A DNA stretch of 64,000 bases from Nemertoderma westbladi (taxonomy: Eukaryota; Animalia; Xenacoelomorpha), in assembly GCA_032718475.1 (NCBI GenBank), contig JAUCBJ010008100.1, positions 1 to 64,000 on the forward strand. Reading direction: 5' to 3'. Positions 13,460-25,528 of the stretch are shown here, one piece after another. The notes under the pieces were generated by a model. It was not told where the DNA came from and searched no databases. It saw only the letters and a program-made list of their open reading frames with translations. Position numbers and translations under genes: made by a program. The number at the start of each line of letters is the position of its first letter. The first letter of the stretch is position 1.

Positions 13460-13751
13460 GATACAGTAGCCATCAATACGTTTTGCACTAACTCATTGAT
13501 GAATAGGCTAATGGTGCTTATTGGACTGCACTACTGGGGTGGCGGAAACAGGTAGTAAACTTCTAAGATAATTCATACATACATAATTCAAACAGGTAGT
13601 ACCACATTACTGCCATTTTTTGTGGCTGCTCTGGGGATTCTAACCTGACTTTGAATGGGTTTTATATATTTTTATTCTAAGTAATAAGTAATTATTTTTA
13701 ATATTAATAAAACTAATATTCTAGAATCAAGTATAATTAAATAATACTAAG

Positions 13752-15854
13752 ATGTCACAACCAAGTCATGATTCAGGCTATGGAACTCACTCAATCGTAG
13801 ATGTTTCTGCAAATAAAGAGACTAATGAATACAATAGTGGAACAGCTACTTCTGCTGTGGATAGCGGTGACCTTCTACCCAATGATGTAGGTGCAGGAGT
13901 CCATCCAAAAATTGCGCCAGCAAATCAACTATGGTCTACAGACCCGCTACAACCAGTGCAACTACATACCAAGGGAGCCAACACCTTAACAATACATGAT
14001 CTTTTCACAAAGATTTTGGAGAAATATGGAAACGAGCTGGCATTACGCGCAACAGGTCTGAACACAAAGATCTGGAGTTACAGTCTGTACTACGATACAT
14101 CCCGTCGAGCAGCCCGTAGTATAATCCATCTCGGAGTAGAGCCAGGAATGGGAGTTGGAATCATTGGATTTAACGCACCTCATTGGCTCTTTGCCAACAT
14201 TGGCGCTATATTTGCAGGGGGTATATCCGTAGGTTTCTACACAACAAACAATGAGGTTACCTGTCAGTTCATAGCCAAAGACAGCCGAACGCGACTCATA
14301 TTCGTAGACAGTGGGGTCCAACTCAAGAAGATACTCGCAATTAGAAACAATTTACCACAGTTAAATGCCATAATCATTTGGGACAAGAGTTATGATGTAT
14401 CCATGGAAACATCAGGGGTTTTCACTTGGGATACATTTATAGGTCTGAGTGAATATGTTGATGATGAGACTTTGAACAAACGAATAGCCAATCTACGTGT
14501 AAATATGTGTTGCTCGATTATCTACACATCTGGCATAACTGGGAATCCCAAAGGGGTCATGTTGAGTCATGATAATATCACATGGACAGTGAATGCTTTT
14601 ATCAGTGAATTTGGCATTCTCAATGATGCACAATATACTGTGGTCAGTTACCTGCCACTCAGCCACATTGCCGCACAGATGTTGGACATCTACATACCAC
14701 TCTCAGTGGCAGGGATTGTAGTCTTTGCGCAGCCAGATGCGCTGAAGCAGTCATTGGAAGAGACACTCCGTGAGGCAAGACCCACTCTATTTATGGGAGT
14801 TCCACATGTTTGGGAGAAAATCATGGGGGTGATGTTAGCAAAGGGTGCACAAGTTTCAGGATTAAAACAACAAGTGGCCAAGCGGGCCAAAACTATTGGT
14901 TTGCATTGCAATAAGGACAAACTAGCCGGGAAACACCCACCAATGAAGTTCAGAGTTGTTGAGAAACTGATTTTCCACAAAAACCGATATAATATGGGGC
15001 TGGATCGGTGCCGCTTGTTCATGTCAGGAGCAGCACCAATCTCACGTGATGTTATGGAGTACTTCCTCAGTATCAACATCCCAATCAATGAGATTTATGG
15101 TATGAGTGAGAGCACTGGGCCGCACTTCAAGTCCCAGTTTCCAGACACGCCACTAGGGAGTTGTGGACAGACATTCCAGGGTGCTGACACTACTCTACAT
15201 GTTGGGCCTGAAGGCAATGAACTCTGGCTCAAGGGGCGCAATATATTTATGGGCTACATAGGCCAGTCGGAGAAGACAAAAGAGGTACTTGATGAAGAGG
15301 GGTGGCTGCACACTGGGGATCTCGGAAGAGTCGATGAAAATCGATTCTACTACATAACTGGGAGAATCAAAGAGTTGATAATAACAGCTGGAGGGGAGAA
15401 CATCCCGCCGGTAATCATTGAGGAAAACATTAAGGATCAGCTCCCTTGCATATCCAATGTGTGTCTTATTGGAGACCAACGTAAATACTTAACTTGTTTA
15501 TTAACCCTTAAAGTGGAGGTTGATGAAGAAGGGGGACCTTCAGATGTTCTAACAATGCAGGTTAAACGCTGGTGTCAGGAGTTGGGAAGCCACGCCAAGA
15601 CTGTTGATGATGTCAGATCCGGTAGAGACATTAAGGTAAACAGGGCCATCGCTAAGGGGTTGTTTATCACCAACAAATGGGCTTCCTCTCAGGCTCAGAA
15701 GGTTCAGAAATACCGTGTTTTGGCTTGTGATTTCTCAGTGGAAGGAGGAGAACTCAGTCCTACTCTGAAACTTAAACGTCACTTCATTCATACTAAGTAT
15801 ATAGCTGTTATTGAATCTATGTACAGTGAAGATGACTTCACAAGTGAAACTTAA
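13752..15854 (+). CDS. ACSBG: Long-chain-fatty-acid--CoA ligase, ACSBG/bubblegum family, intronless (paralog 1)
   Basis: 700-aa ORF with IIYTSGITGNPKG, VSYLPLSHIAAQ, YGMSES, GWLHTGDLG, ITGRIKELIITAGGENIPPV and ELSPTLKLKR. Confidence 0.93.
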   Translation: MSQPSHDSGYGTHSIVDVSANKETNEYNSGTATSAVDSGDLLPNDVGAGVHPKIAPANQLWSTDPLQPVQLHTKGANTLTIHDLFTKILEKYGNELALRATGLNTKIWSYSLYYDTSRRAARSIIHLGVEPGMGVGIIGFNAPHWLFANIGAIFAGGISVGFYTTNNEVTCQFIAKDSRTRLIFVDSGVQLKKILAIRNNLPQLNAIIIWDKSYDVSMETSGVFTWDTFIGLSEYVDDETLNKRIANLRVNMCCSIIYTSGITGNPKGVMLSHDNITWTVNAFISEFGILNDAQYTVVSYLPLSHIAAQMLDIYIPLSVAGIVVFAQPDALKQSLEETLREARPTLFMGVPHVWEKIMGVMLAKGAQVSGLKQQVAKRAKTIGLHCNKDKLAGKHPPMKFRVVEKLIFHKNRYNMGLDRCRLFMSGAAPISRDVMEYFLSINIPINEIYGMSESTGPHFKSQFPDTPLGSCGQTFQGADTTLHVGPEGNELWLKGRNIFMGYIGQSEKTKEVLDEEGWLHTGDLGRVDENRFYYITGRIKELIITAGGENIPPVIIEENIKDQLPCISNVCLIGDQRKYLTCLLTLKVEVDEEGGPSDVLTMQVKRWCQELGSHAKTVDDVRSGRDIKVNRAIAKGLFITNKWASSQAQKVQKYRVLACDFSVEGGELSPTLKLKRHFIHTKYIAVIESMYSEDDFTSET

Positions 15855-16571
15855 ATGCGAGACAATGATTGTTATTGGCGCCAACTAAAGCAAGCAATTA
15901 ATTGGACAGTAAGCTAATTTTATAATTTTAAATAGAAAAAAAGGTACCTTAATTTAGCAAAATAATGATTTTCGAGATTGATACTGTGTGTGATTGGCCA
16001 ACATCTTACTCTGGTGGGATATAAAACATACTCATTGGTTGTTAAATAACAGCCTCAGAATATTTTTGATGGGGTTTGACTGTACTGTACTTTATAAATT
16101 TAATTATCTCGAAAACTAAGCCAGCTAGGCCTTACAGTTACGCTAATCTCTAAAAGTCGGTGAAAAGTGTAGTTGTTTCTTTAAGGTTTTACTCTAAATG
16201 ACTTTTCATCTTAAGGTACCTTTTGCGTTCACTAACTATTTGGATTAAAACGTTTTCTAAAGATAATATAGTTTCATATGCATATTTAATTTATTTATAC
16301 ATTATATATCGAAGTTCACCCAAATGTTGGATGAGACATACAAAATATTAGTAAGTTATTAGTTAGTTTATTTATTAGTTAGGGCTGGTGCAACTGTGGC
16401 TGGTGGATTGGTGGATAGTAGTCCCCCTACCAAGGTGACTCGTCAAAAAAAGAAAGAAACAGATGACTAGTTACAAAAATGGATGACTAAGAGTGATTAG
16501 AAGTGCATTAATTCGAGTAGTAGACTCATTAGAAAGTAGATGTTAATTGTAAATGTTAAGCTCAAGTCCTA

Positions 16572-16990
16572 CTTTTGGGAGCGGTGTTAAAGCTTTTGCA
16601 TCCTAAAATTGGCATCAAATTTTATTGCCGCTAAGCTCTGTCCCCTACCCACACGCCACACCGTATCTGGTCTTGGTATCCATTGAAAGTAATAAACCAA
16701 TAGAATATATTTTTCACTTTCTGAATTCTGAATCTCTTTGTCAAAACGTAAACAGAGCATTTTGCTTTTTAATGTTTGTTGACTGCAACTAACCATGATG
16801 TCATGTTTTTCCAGGAACTGCTAGGTACAGCCTGGCCAGTATCTCATTCTACTGTTTTGCTGACACAGAGAAGACCTTTTGTGTTTTGCCAAATAACATA
16901 ACATGGCAGGACGCCAAAAATTATAGTAAATTACCTTGGTTGGGATACTATACTGATTTATGCTGTACTTGTTATACTCACTGATTTAAT
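16572..16990 (+). mobile_element. Old BEL-lineage remnant: PPT plus start of a 3' LTR
   Basis: TTTTGGGAGCGG|TGTTAAAGCTTTTGC (LTR start 16585) matches TTTTCTGGGAGCGG|TGTAAAAGCTTTTGC at 35633-35661. Right boundary is approximate. Confidence 0.6.
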
Positions 16991-17226
16991 GATTAACCTA
17001 GGTAAATATGGAATTATATCTCTAATAGTTCCAAAAATTTTGAAATATTTAGTTTAAAATTATTAGTTTTATAATAGTTTAATAGGTTTAATATTATAAT
17101 AGGTTTAATTATTAGTTGTTAATTTATTTTCAACGTAAATTGTTCAAATAGTTTATACAGTATTCTGAAGTTATAGTTAAAGTCCTTATTTTCATTGGTA
17201 TAGTTATATTTTCGTTAATTGTTCAA

Positions 17227-17302
17227 GTGGTCCTGTAGCTAAAGACATACACTGTTGGACAGTCATATAATAGGTCCAAAGTTCAAATCCTATTAGATGC
17301 GA
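17227..17302 (+). other. Degenerate tRNA-derived sequence (SINE head or tRNA pseudogene)
   Basis: GGTCCTGTAGCTAAAG (A-box-like) and GTTCAAATCC (B-box-like) at tRNA-like spacing; the cloverleaf is not intact. Confidence 0.35.
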
Positions 17303-19439
17303 ATTATTTTTTGTGATAAACTTAGCTTTATTATATTTCTATCGGTAGTAATTAGCTGGACCAATCCCATCGCAGTTATACCTTATTAGCCAATGTGTAC
17401 TCGTTTGTAAATTGTTGGACCAATGACATTTTTAAGAATATATTAGAACCTATGGAATTGCATAGAAGCTCTAGAAGTTCGGTAGCATCCCTGATTTCCT
17501 ATATAAGGGTGTGTTTGTTCATTATTGGTCAATCGTTGTAGTATCTAATTTAGTAAATAAAGTTCAACTAATCATATTAGTGTTTTACATTATTTAGTTA
17601 TTATTCGTGTTAAATTAGTATTGATATCTTAAAATTCTGTAAATAATATCTCGTTTACTTGTAAAACTCTGCAAATTTTACCATGATTCACTTTGGTGAA
17701 TAACCTTCAAAGGGGATAAAGATGGCAGGCTAGAGTTCCGGGCAGCAGTGATAAAGGGGAACATCGACGAAATGTAACGGAGACCACCCACATCTTTACT
17801 AGATTATCATTGACCGCCGCCCCCACCAAAATGTAAGATCGCGTTCGAGACACTCGCTACTCAAGTCGTAAGACCTCTGAACTTTAGTAGAAATAATGTC
17901 GTGCTGGATGCCAAACAAAATTTAGGGGCAATATTTCTCTGGTTCAGGCAAACCCTGCGATTACCCTTCATACACCTACAGGTACGCCAGGTACGCTATT
18001 GGTTCATTTTGGTGGTAAAACAGTGTCCATTCAATGTACTATAATGTCTGTAGGCCAGTAGAAGGATCAGCTGATTTGCCTGACTTGGAGATATATCACC
18101 CAAGCAGTGGGCATTTCTGCTACTAGGCGCATTATAACTTAGGGCTGCAGGGATACTAACAACTAGCTGTGCCCAACGCCAGCAGTACTGTTAAGATAGT
18201 TTGCCGTGCCTATCTAAGGCAACCAAAGTTCTAGATAATCAAATTAGCAACCAGGCTAGCCATCGGTTCACGTAGGCCTACAGTAGCGGATAACATTCTT
18301 CTTCTTAGTATTAGGGGCCTGGTACGAATGTGTCGAATTGGGCGTGGTATTAACATTTTGTACGCCTGATTGAGTCTTGAAAATATACAGAAGGGGAGCC
18401 CTACCATTGTGAGTATTAGACCTACCTACAGACAGTGACTGAATTTATTCAGCATTTATTTATATTGTACAAAATGACACCAATCGTAGTAAATGTTGTG
18501 AAATGTAGGATCAGCCTGATTATTTTGCCGTTTTTGATCACATACACACGCAAGTTCTAGAAAATTTTGCCCCTCACAAAACACATGATTTAGTCCTTGA
18601 ATCGCGGCCTTTGTATGCTAGTAGGCATTTAGCTAGCATTTATACCCATATAAATCACACCGCGGCAAAGTATACGAACGCATATAGTCCATCAGCACCG
18701 TTAGGCCTAGTTAGGGTTCGCTGCGCGGGATCGTGTTTTGACTAGTTTTGTCCGTTTGTAAACGGTTAGGGAACCAGTGCAGTAGACTTCATATTAGTTA
18801 CGTATGGTTGGATTTATTTCCTGTCAATATTAGTAGGTTTACTGTTTCTTACCAATGGTAGTAGTATGTTGGAATTGCTCTAGCCATCAGTAAATATTTG
18901 TTTGTGATATATATTGATGTTATGCAGACACATTAATATTAGTATGACTGTTGTTAAAGCTTTTGTGACTAAAAATTCACATTTTGTAGCACTGTTCTAC
19001 TCCAAAGCCATAGAACTGATGGGGTATTTAGATAAGAGTTATAAAACTGATGAATTTAGATAAGATTATTCCACAAAACCCATACGCCCTAATGTGTTCA
19101 CTTTTGGTATTCATTTTCGGCATTACCATTCCTCCTCCTTAGTGGTTGGAATGCGGCCAATAAGAGCCTTTTTCAATGGGGGGAGGTTGAGACTGATCTA
19201 TTATCGAATGACCGAGAGAAAAGAGCCTTTTTCATTTTCTTCACACCGTTGAACTCTAGTAAATAAATACTGTAACTAAGCTTCTGATTGGAAGTTGCTA
19301 TATGAATCGCTATGATTGAGGGTTCTAAGAATTCTTTGCTTTCGATTGCTAGTCGTGTTTTATGCCGCATTACAGCTTACTTTGTTCAGTGTATTCTGCT
19401 TTGCTGGTAGCAGAAGGATGTTTGCCGATAACATCTGGC

Positions 19440-20836
19440 TTAAATTTTATGAATTATAGTAAATTACCGCAACATATCGTTGCACATCGCATGAAACACT
19501 GAAATACCTAAACACTGAATTGATTGTACTGGCTTACTGTTGTACCTATTGATTTGTTATTATATTTGGTGGTCTATTTATGTATTTGGTAATGATATGG
19601 AGATTCTGCTACATTAACACCGCATAACTTCGAACTTGTTTATATTTATCGAGGTAAGCTTTTGGGTGGTAAATTAGCAGTTTCGGTTCACAATTCACTG
19701 GTGTGTATGAGAATACATGTTATCAGATAGCCCCAACGTGTGTGAGCCTCTCTCTTCTTATTAATGATAAAATTGTCCCAAGTCAGTAAATCAGGTCCCA
19801 GGTGTATTTCCGTGGGGTCCATAATTCTACATCCCTAAAGGATCTGACAAACTATAATTCTCATTAATAATCTGCTGTACTTACCTTACTTCATAGACCT
19901 GTTTGTTATCTAGAACACAACTACTACTACTACTACTAGGATCGGCATGCTGCATTGCAGCTGCATTTTTAAGAATGCTGTGCCGGCTTATCGACAAAAT
20001 TGCACCGCCACAACTCCCTATCACCCATGACATTTGCTAGATCATCCGCATCTTCAAGGCCAGTGTCCTTTAAGATGCGTCTCAAGAAAGTCATGGGCTG
20101 TCCACCATGCTTATTCACTCCATGAGGCTGCCAAAATACAAGATTATGCACTGGCTGGTCCTCACGGCGAAAGCAATGTCCTGCAAAGCGGAGGCGATTT
20201 TGTTCTAGTGTCAAGCTCGGGGGAGCCAATGAGACACCTCCAATGTTATATATTGTCTGGTTGGAGATGTGTGCATTGTACTTGACACAATGAACCCGGC
20301 GTACCATTCTTGTGAATGTGCCATCCAGAGATTTGGTGTCCTCAGCAGTTAGAGCCCAGCATGGACTCCCATAGAGGAGTACTGGAACTACTGCTGCTCT
20401 AAATAATCGGACCTTAAGTTTCCGATTAATTCTCGGTCACTTCCAAATCCTGGAAAGCCTATTCAAGGCTGCCCATGCCTTTCCCTTACGTATTCGAAGG
20501 TCCTCACGTGACTTCCGGATCCATGATCCCAGGTATCAGAAGTCATCCACATGCTCAAGCATACCATCTTTTGAGAACACAACACCTGAAATGGAATTGT
20601 TAATACTATCCCTTAAGTGAACATAATTGTTAGGAATTATACAGAGAGAATCAATCGAATGATACATAACCAGCCCAATTCTAGTAAGCAGATATATTTC
20701 AGGCTCCCTTACGGGACATTCACCGCGCTAGCTGATTTATTTCTGATGTTATCTCGTTTGGCAAACTTAAGCAAGATTGCTGTGATAATAAAAATTGTAC
20801 GGTGAAAATTATAGAACTCTTCTAAAAGCTCGAACA
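19440..20836 (+). mobile_element. Old LTR of a related BEL family, interrupted by an RTE copy
   Basis: Ends AAAAGCTCGAACA (compare AAAGCGCGAACA); GGAATTGTTAATACTATCCC parallels the LTR motif GGAACTGTTAATATTTCCC. Left boundary is approximate. Confidence 0.65.
19922..20573 (-). mobile_element. 5'-truncated RTE non-LTR retrotransposon with (TAG)n tail
   Basis: Peptides RLRFAGHCFRREDQPVHNLVFWQP and LFRAAVVPVLLYGES; (CTA)n tail at about 19921-19938; 10-bp TSD AGAACACAAC at 19912-19921 and 20574-20583. Confidence 0.92.
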
Positions 20837-20899
20837 GTATGGTTGCTCACTATGGTAACAGTATGGAACAATGACCGAATTAATTGTCATTTGCATCAA

Positions 20900-21490
20900 T
20901 TGCGGTGAGTAGCTGTGGGCTAAGTAGCATTTTCTGGTTCATATAAAGTGGCGTGTATGACCTGTATGAGCTGTATGAGCTGTATGAGCTATATGAGCTA
21001 TATGAGCTATATGAGCTATATGAGCTGTATGAGCTGTATATATTCTAGCTCCAATGCGTGTGAGCCAGGAATCTTCATTATTCATGAACAAATTCCCTCA
21101 AGTCAGCTTTTTATGTCCCTCAGTTTATTTAATCCAGAGTTAATATTCCATGTCCCTAAAGGGCATGCAGACTATAATAATCTCATGTTGTAATCACTGT
21201 CAGACATTGACCTGTTTGATATCTGGAGCACGACATCCCAAATGGAACTGTTAATACAATCCCTGTACGTCCATATTGCTGTTAGGAATTATATTGCGAG
21301 AATCACTCGACTGATGCACAATGCGGCCTATTTTATCCTGCCACTATTTATCAGACACCCTTTGGGTCTCACGCCGCGCTAGTTTGATTTATATTTTTGA
21401 TGTTATTCGACTGGCAAAATTTAGGTGAGAATTCCGCGATCATTAAAATTGTTTCTTAGTGAAATTGTGGAAGTTGCAAAAGCGCCAACA
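20900..21490 (+). mobile_element. Second old LTR fragment of the related BEL family
   Basis: Colinear with 19650-19921 plus 20584-20836; ends AAAAGCGCCAACA; contains a 9-bp (T(A/G)TATGAGC)n array at about 20955-21035. Confidence 0.65.
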
Positions 21491-21616
21491 GTGTGTTCTA
21501 ATTGCACCTAACACTTTAACATTCCCGGTGTGTTGATGTAATATACCTAACGCTTTGACATTCCTTTTTTGGTTATATTTTAGTTTATAGTTTATTAGTC
21601 TTTTTTACTTTTTTAG

Positions 21617-22704
21617 TTTATTGGTAAGCAAGGTCTTCCATCTAGATCACACAGGGGGGAAGGTTTACATTCATTGAATAATGATATTAACCATGGCAAC
21701 TTTCTTGAATTCATAAAAGAGTTGGCTAAACACAACGATATTCTAAAGCGCCATGTTGACAAGTGTGTCAAGTATTCGACTCACAAAGCAAGAAAGGGTG
21801 GCTCTGAACATACAGTAAAAGGGCGGGGTCATTTCTTTCGTTTCTCAGTTCAGATACGTTTACAGCCATAGTCAATATCATAGATGTTCTTTTACGGCAG
21901 AAAATTGTTACTGATATCAAGGAGGCTGGTATATATGGATTGATGAGAGACAGTACTCAGGACATTACAACTAAAGATCAGTGCTGTATTGCAATAAGGT
22001 ATGTGGTATGTTCTACTGTTTATGAGAAAATGTTGGCTCTGGTTAATACGAGCTCTGACACCTCTTCACAAGGCCTCTTTAATGCACTTAATCAGGTTTG
22101 TGAGAAGTTTCAAATTCTCTTGAGCCAATGCATTGCAGATGCTTTTGATGGTGCCTCCAATATGAGTGCCGAGTACAATGGGCTACAAGCTAAACTGAAA
22201 GATGTATCTCCAAACCACATCCACACATGGTGCTATTCACATGTGTTGAACCTCGTGATCACCGACAGCTGTTCTTCTCTGGAATGTGTTTCATTCTTTG
22301 GGTTGTTGCAAGCAGTCTATGTGTTCTTCGCTGATAGTTACAAGCGTATGGCAGTTTGGGAGAAAACCTTGGAGCAACAGTTGGGAGAAGGATGCATGCA
22401 ACGATTAAAAAATCTTGGAAAAACCCACTGGCGAGCCAAAAACAATGCCACAGTGAAGATTTTTGGTACTTATCACTCTGCTGGTGATCAAAGTAGTACA
22501 AGCTTGTATCCTGCACTAGTATTATGTTTAGACGAAATTTCAAAATCTGATCATGTTAAAGCCATTCACCGATCAGAAGCGAAATCTTTGTGTGAAAACT
22601 TACTTAAATATGAGACTGTTATGGTGGCGTTTCTCTTTCTCAGGATTTTCATGTTCACGACACCATTATCTGATTACCTTCAATCGAGTGGTATGGATTA
22701 TGCC
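21617..22704 (+). pseudogene. hAT transposase (ZMYM1/DUF4371-like), part left of the LTR element insertion
   Basis: After a pyrimidine-AG acceptor: IGKQGLPSRSH...NHGNFLEF, DSTQDIT, FDGASNM, HTWCYSHVLNLV, THW, PLSDYLQSSGMDYA; frameshift near 21830. Confidence 0.9.
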
Positions 22705-23853
22705 TGTTCGCGCTTTTAGACCTTTAGCAGTTTAACCTGCCAATTTTAGGTGTCCTCTTGTTTATAAATCGACTTTAGCCTATAACAATTATTTAATGCA
22801 TATGAAGTAACATTAGCCGAAGCCAGTCTGTGCGCGATCATTCACCCACAGTTAAGGGAGACTGGATTCGGATGCTTTGAAGGGATTGCGGTGCAGACCT
22901 ACGGTATTATTCGATTGATCGTTACTATATAATCTCTGACAATATTATTCACTTTCGGGGAAATATTAACAGTTCCTTTAGGACGTGGCGCTTTAAGTAT
23001 AAAACAGAGTTATGACTTATACTAAACACAACGAGATGGCTACTGATTTTCGTAAATGGCGCATTCTTTAGGAGATGCTTTATTATCTGTCACACTGCTG
23101 CATACGACTTCACACTGCTGCACACTGATCTGCCGACCGTCACTGAATTTGATCATATATAATGAGGATAGCAACTGACACATGTAGGGATTATGAAATA
23201 GCATTTAATGCACACTAAAACCACTGTAATGTAAGTCGCAATTGCTACCGGTAACAGGTCCCTCTTACCTTCAGTAATCAAGAAGATTGGGGTTTTATGA
23301 TTATTTATCGATATTCTCCAAATATAACAACATATCCAACAACATATAACAATTAATAACCGACAGTAAACAGAAGTAAAATAATGCGGTGAAATCAGTT
23401 CAGCAGTTTGAGTTGGGTTGTGACCATTGCAATATGGACTGTTAATAGATTTACGTTCCTATAATCAAAGCCGTCTAATGTTTGGCTAAAGTCTGAAACT
23501 TACAGAAATTTCCAAGCCGATGTTCTGAGGCTCAGGAAAAGGTAAACAAAGACCGTAATGCATTGCGCGGTCTTCCGTAGGCTTCTGTCCAAGATAAAAT
23601 GAAAATCGCTCTGATTGGCTGAGCGAGCTGAATAAAGAGGTTCCACATCGACAGGAAATCAGCTGACAGATTTCGTCATCTGAACTACCATCCTTTAGAG
23701 TATTTGGCGTATTGCGGCATAAAATGGCTTGTTATGTCCGCTAAAACACCTACAGGGTACATTGCGGAGAAAATGGCTTGTTATGTCCGCTAAAACAACT
23801 AAACAGTTCATTGCGGAGAAAAATGACTGGTTATATCCGCAAAAGCTTTTACA
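22705..23853 (-). repeat. 3' LTR of the outer BEL element
   Basis: Direct repeat of 53215-55203 minus the MITE, about 8 substitutions by eye; preceded on the minus strand by PPT-like CTGGGAGCGG (23854-23863); three ~50-bp repeats at 23711-23843. Confidence 0.97.
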
Positions 23854-23960
23854 CCGCTCCCAGAAAATGGGATTTAATTCTATAAAATATAAAAAATCAC
23901 AGTTTCTAAAATATAAAAATACTCTAAACAGTTAGTCTTTCTTACGCGGACGGCGTTTAC

Positions 23961-25523
23961 TCAGTTTTTTGAGGCTAGCAAGAGTCCTTTTCTCTTTGGG
24001 GCAAGCCACTTTACTAGGAAACTATAACTCCTGGGTGAAGGGTGCAATACAATTGCATCGGAAGGTTTAGGATTACGGTCGGTGTATCCGCTGGTCGAGG
24101 TACCCGGTTGATCGATATCAATCTCAGTGGAGCGAGGTCGAACAACCTTCAGAGCGCGTTTCAGTACAGCAGCTCTTACTGGTCCCTGACGAGTCGTTTG
24201 CACAAGAGCGGTAGGTGGACCGTGAGTAGTGAGAAATTTCCTCGGTTTGATGGTTCTTTCTAACTCGCGTTCTCGGGCTCTATATTCATAGGGTCGTCTA
24301 TGAACTTCCTGTAGCTCTGGATGCGAGTTGATGAACAAATTGCCATATTCCGGATCTTGACGAATGAAGTTGATCAAGTTATAGGAATTAAGATCGTTGG
24401 GATTAATGTTCCTGAGATATTTACGAACAAATTTGGTTGAAATACTCTCGCCAACACGCTTCATTAGTTCGTAACTCGGTGTGCGAGATTTTTGTTCAAC
24501 AGACGCGAATAGATAAGGGTGGAATGCATAAACTCCTTCATAGGCACGTCCAGGGTAATAGCGATGACGTGACTCACAATGTAAATCCGCATTCGCTTCC
24601 CAGGCTCTGATGTAGCGTAGGGTAATCATTTCATCTACGCTTTCCAGATCGCGGTTGAAAGGGCAATCAAAACTTCATGTCCTTTAAACTGACAATGATG
24701 GCATTGAGTCATAAATTGGGGGCAGACTGCGAAAATGTGCAAGTTATTGAGTCTACAATACGCACAATAGATCTCCATCGTAGGCTGTTCATGGAAGTAG
24801 GAGCAGGGTACGTTGGAGTCTACAGGGGTGAAATGGTCTCGAGATGCGCATAATCGGCAACGTTTCCTAGAGACATAATTGGCATGCCGATAATCGTACA
24901 CAGTGAGACATTGTGGACCCTGATACCATTCTAGGACGTAGTCGTTGTCACTGCTCCGAGGTGCGGTGGGCTGAATCTCCTCGGATTCTAAGCATATTGG
25001 TTCGTCTTCCAATTGCATAGCTGAGGTAGGTGTGGCTGTCTCCTCAAGCGAACCCAGTGTCTGAACTTCCACGATAGAATAACCCATGGGGATTCGAGGT
25101 CTTTGTATAACAGAGGAATGTAAGTTCTGTATACAAACGTCTTTGAAAATGGCGAATCCAGCGCTGTCTAACTTCTCAGCTGCTGAGTCTCTTAGGCTGA
25201 GCTTGGTCAGAGTGCGGTCCTTGAACTGACTATCAACGTTACGGAACGGAGTCAGAAAGCGGCTGAAGCATTCGAAGCGAATGAATTTATTGTGTTCATC
25301 TGGCTTGGCGAGTTTGGTTCCAAGTATTAAGGGAAGGGCGCGTATAGTACGACTGCACACATCGGCTAGCCAACCAGCAAGTGCGGCGTTTTCAAAGATC
25401 GTGTATATAGCTAAGGAGGGACGAAGTGGAACACTCATGAAGCTATACACGACGCCAGGTGCGGTCAATGGTCCGTCAAAGTATAATCGAGAATAATGAT
25501 CTCCATATACTTGTTGATAGTTG
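23961..25523 (-). pseudogene. Outer element ORF3, C-terminal part (ExoIII-like motif, three CCHC-type knuckles)
   Basis: PLRPSLAIYTIFEN; CRLCASRDH...C, CAYCRLNNLHIFAVC, and CHHCQFKGHEVxDC across a frameshift; ends about 105 nt before the 3' LTR. Confidence 0.75.
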
Positions 25524-25528
25524 ATAGG

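Noticed and set aside
15939-16224. 14-bp inverted repeat AAAAGGTACCTTAA / TTAAGGTACCTTTT
   Set aside because: Largely self-palindromic, no clear TSD, and the left copy is partly shared with the paralogous 3' flank; not enough to call a MITE.
17330-19400. CCAAT, TATA and AATAAA-like motifs and short ORFs
   Set aside because: No termini, TSD or protein motif that I can identify; left unannotated.
19469-20846. Possible third primer/PBS pair in the old LTR (GCAACATATC vs GTATGGTTGC)
   Set aside because: Needs two indels and the site is offset; too weak to count as support.
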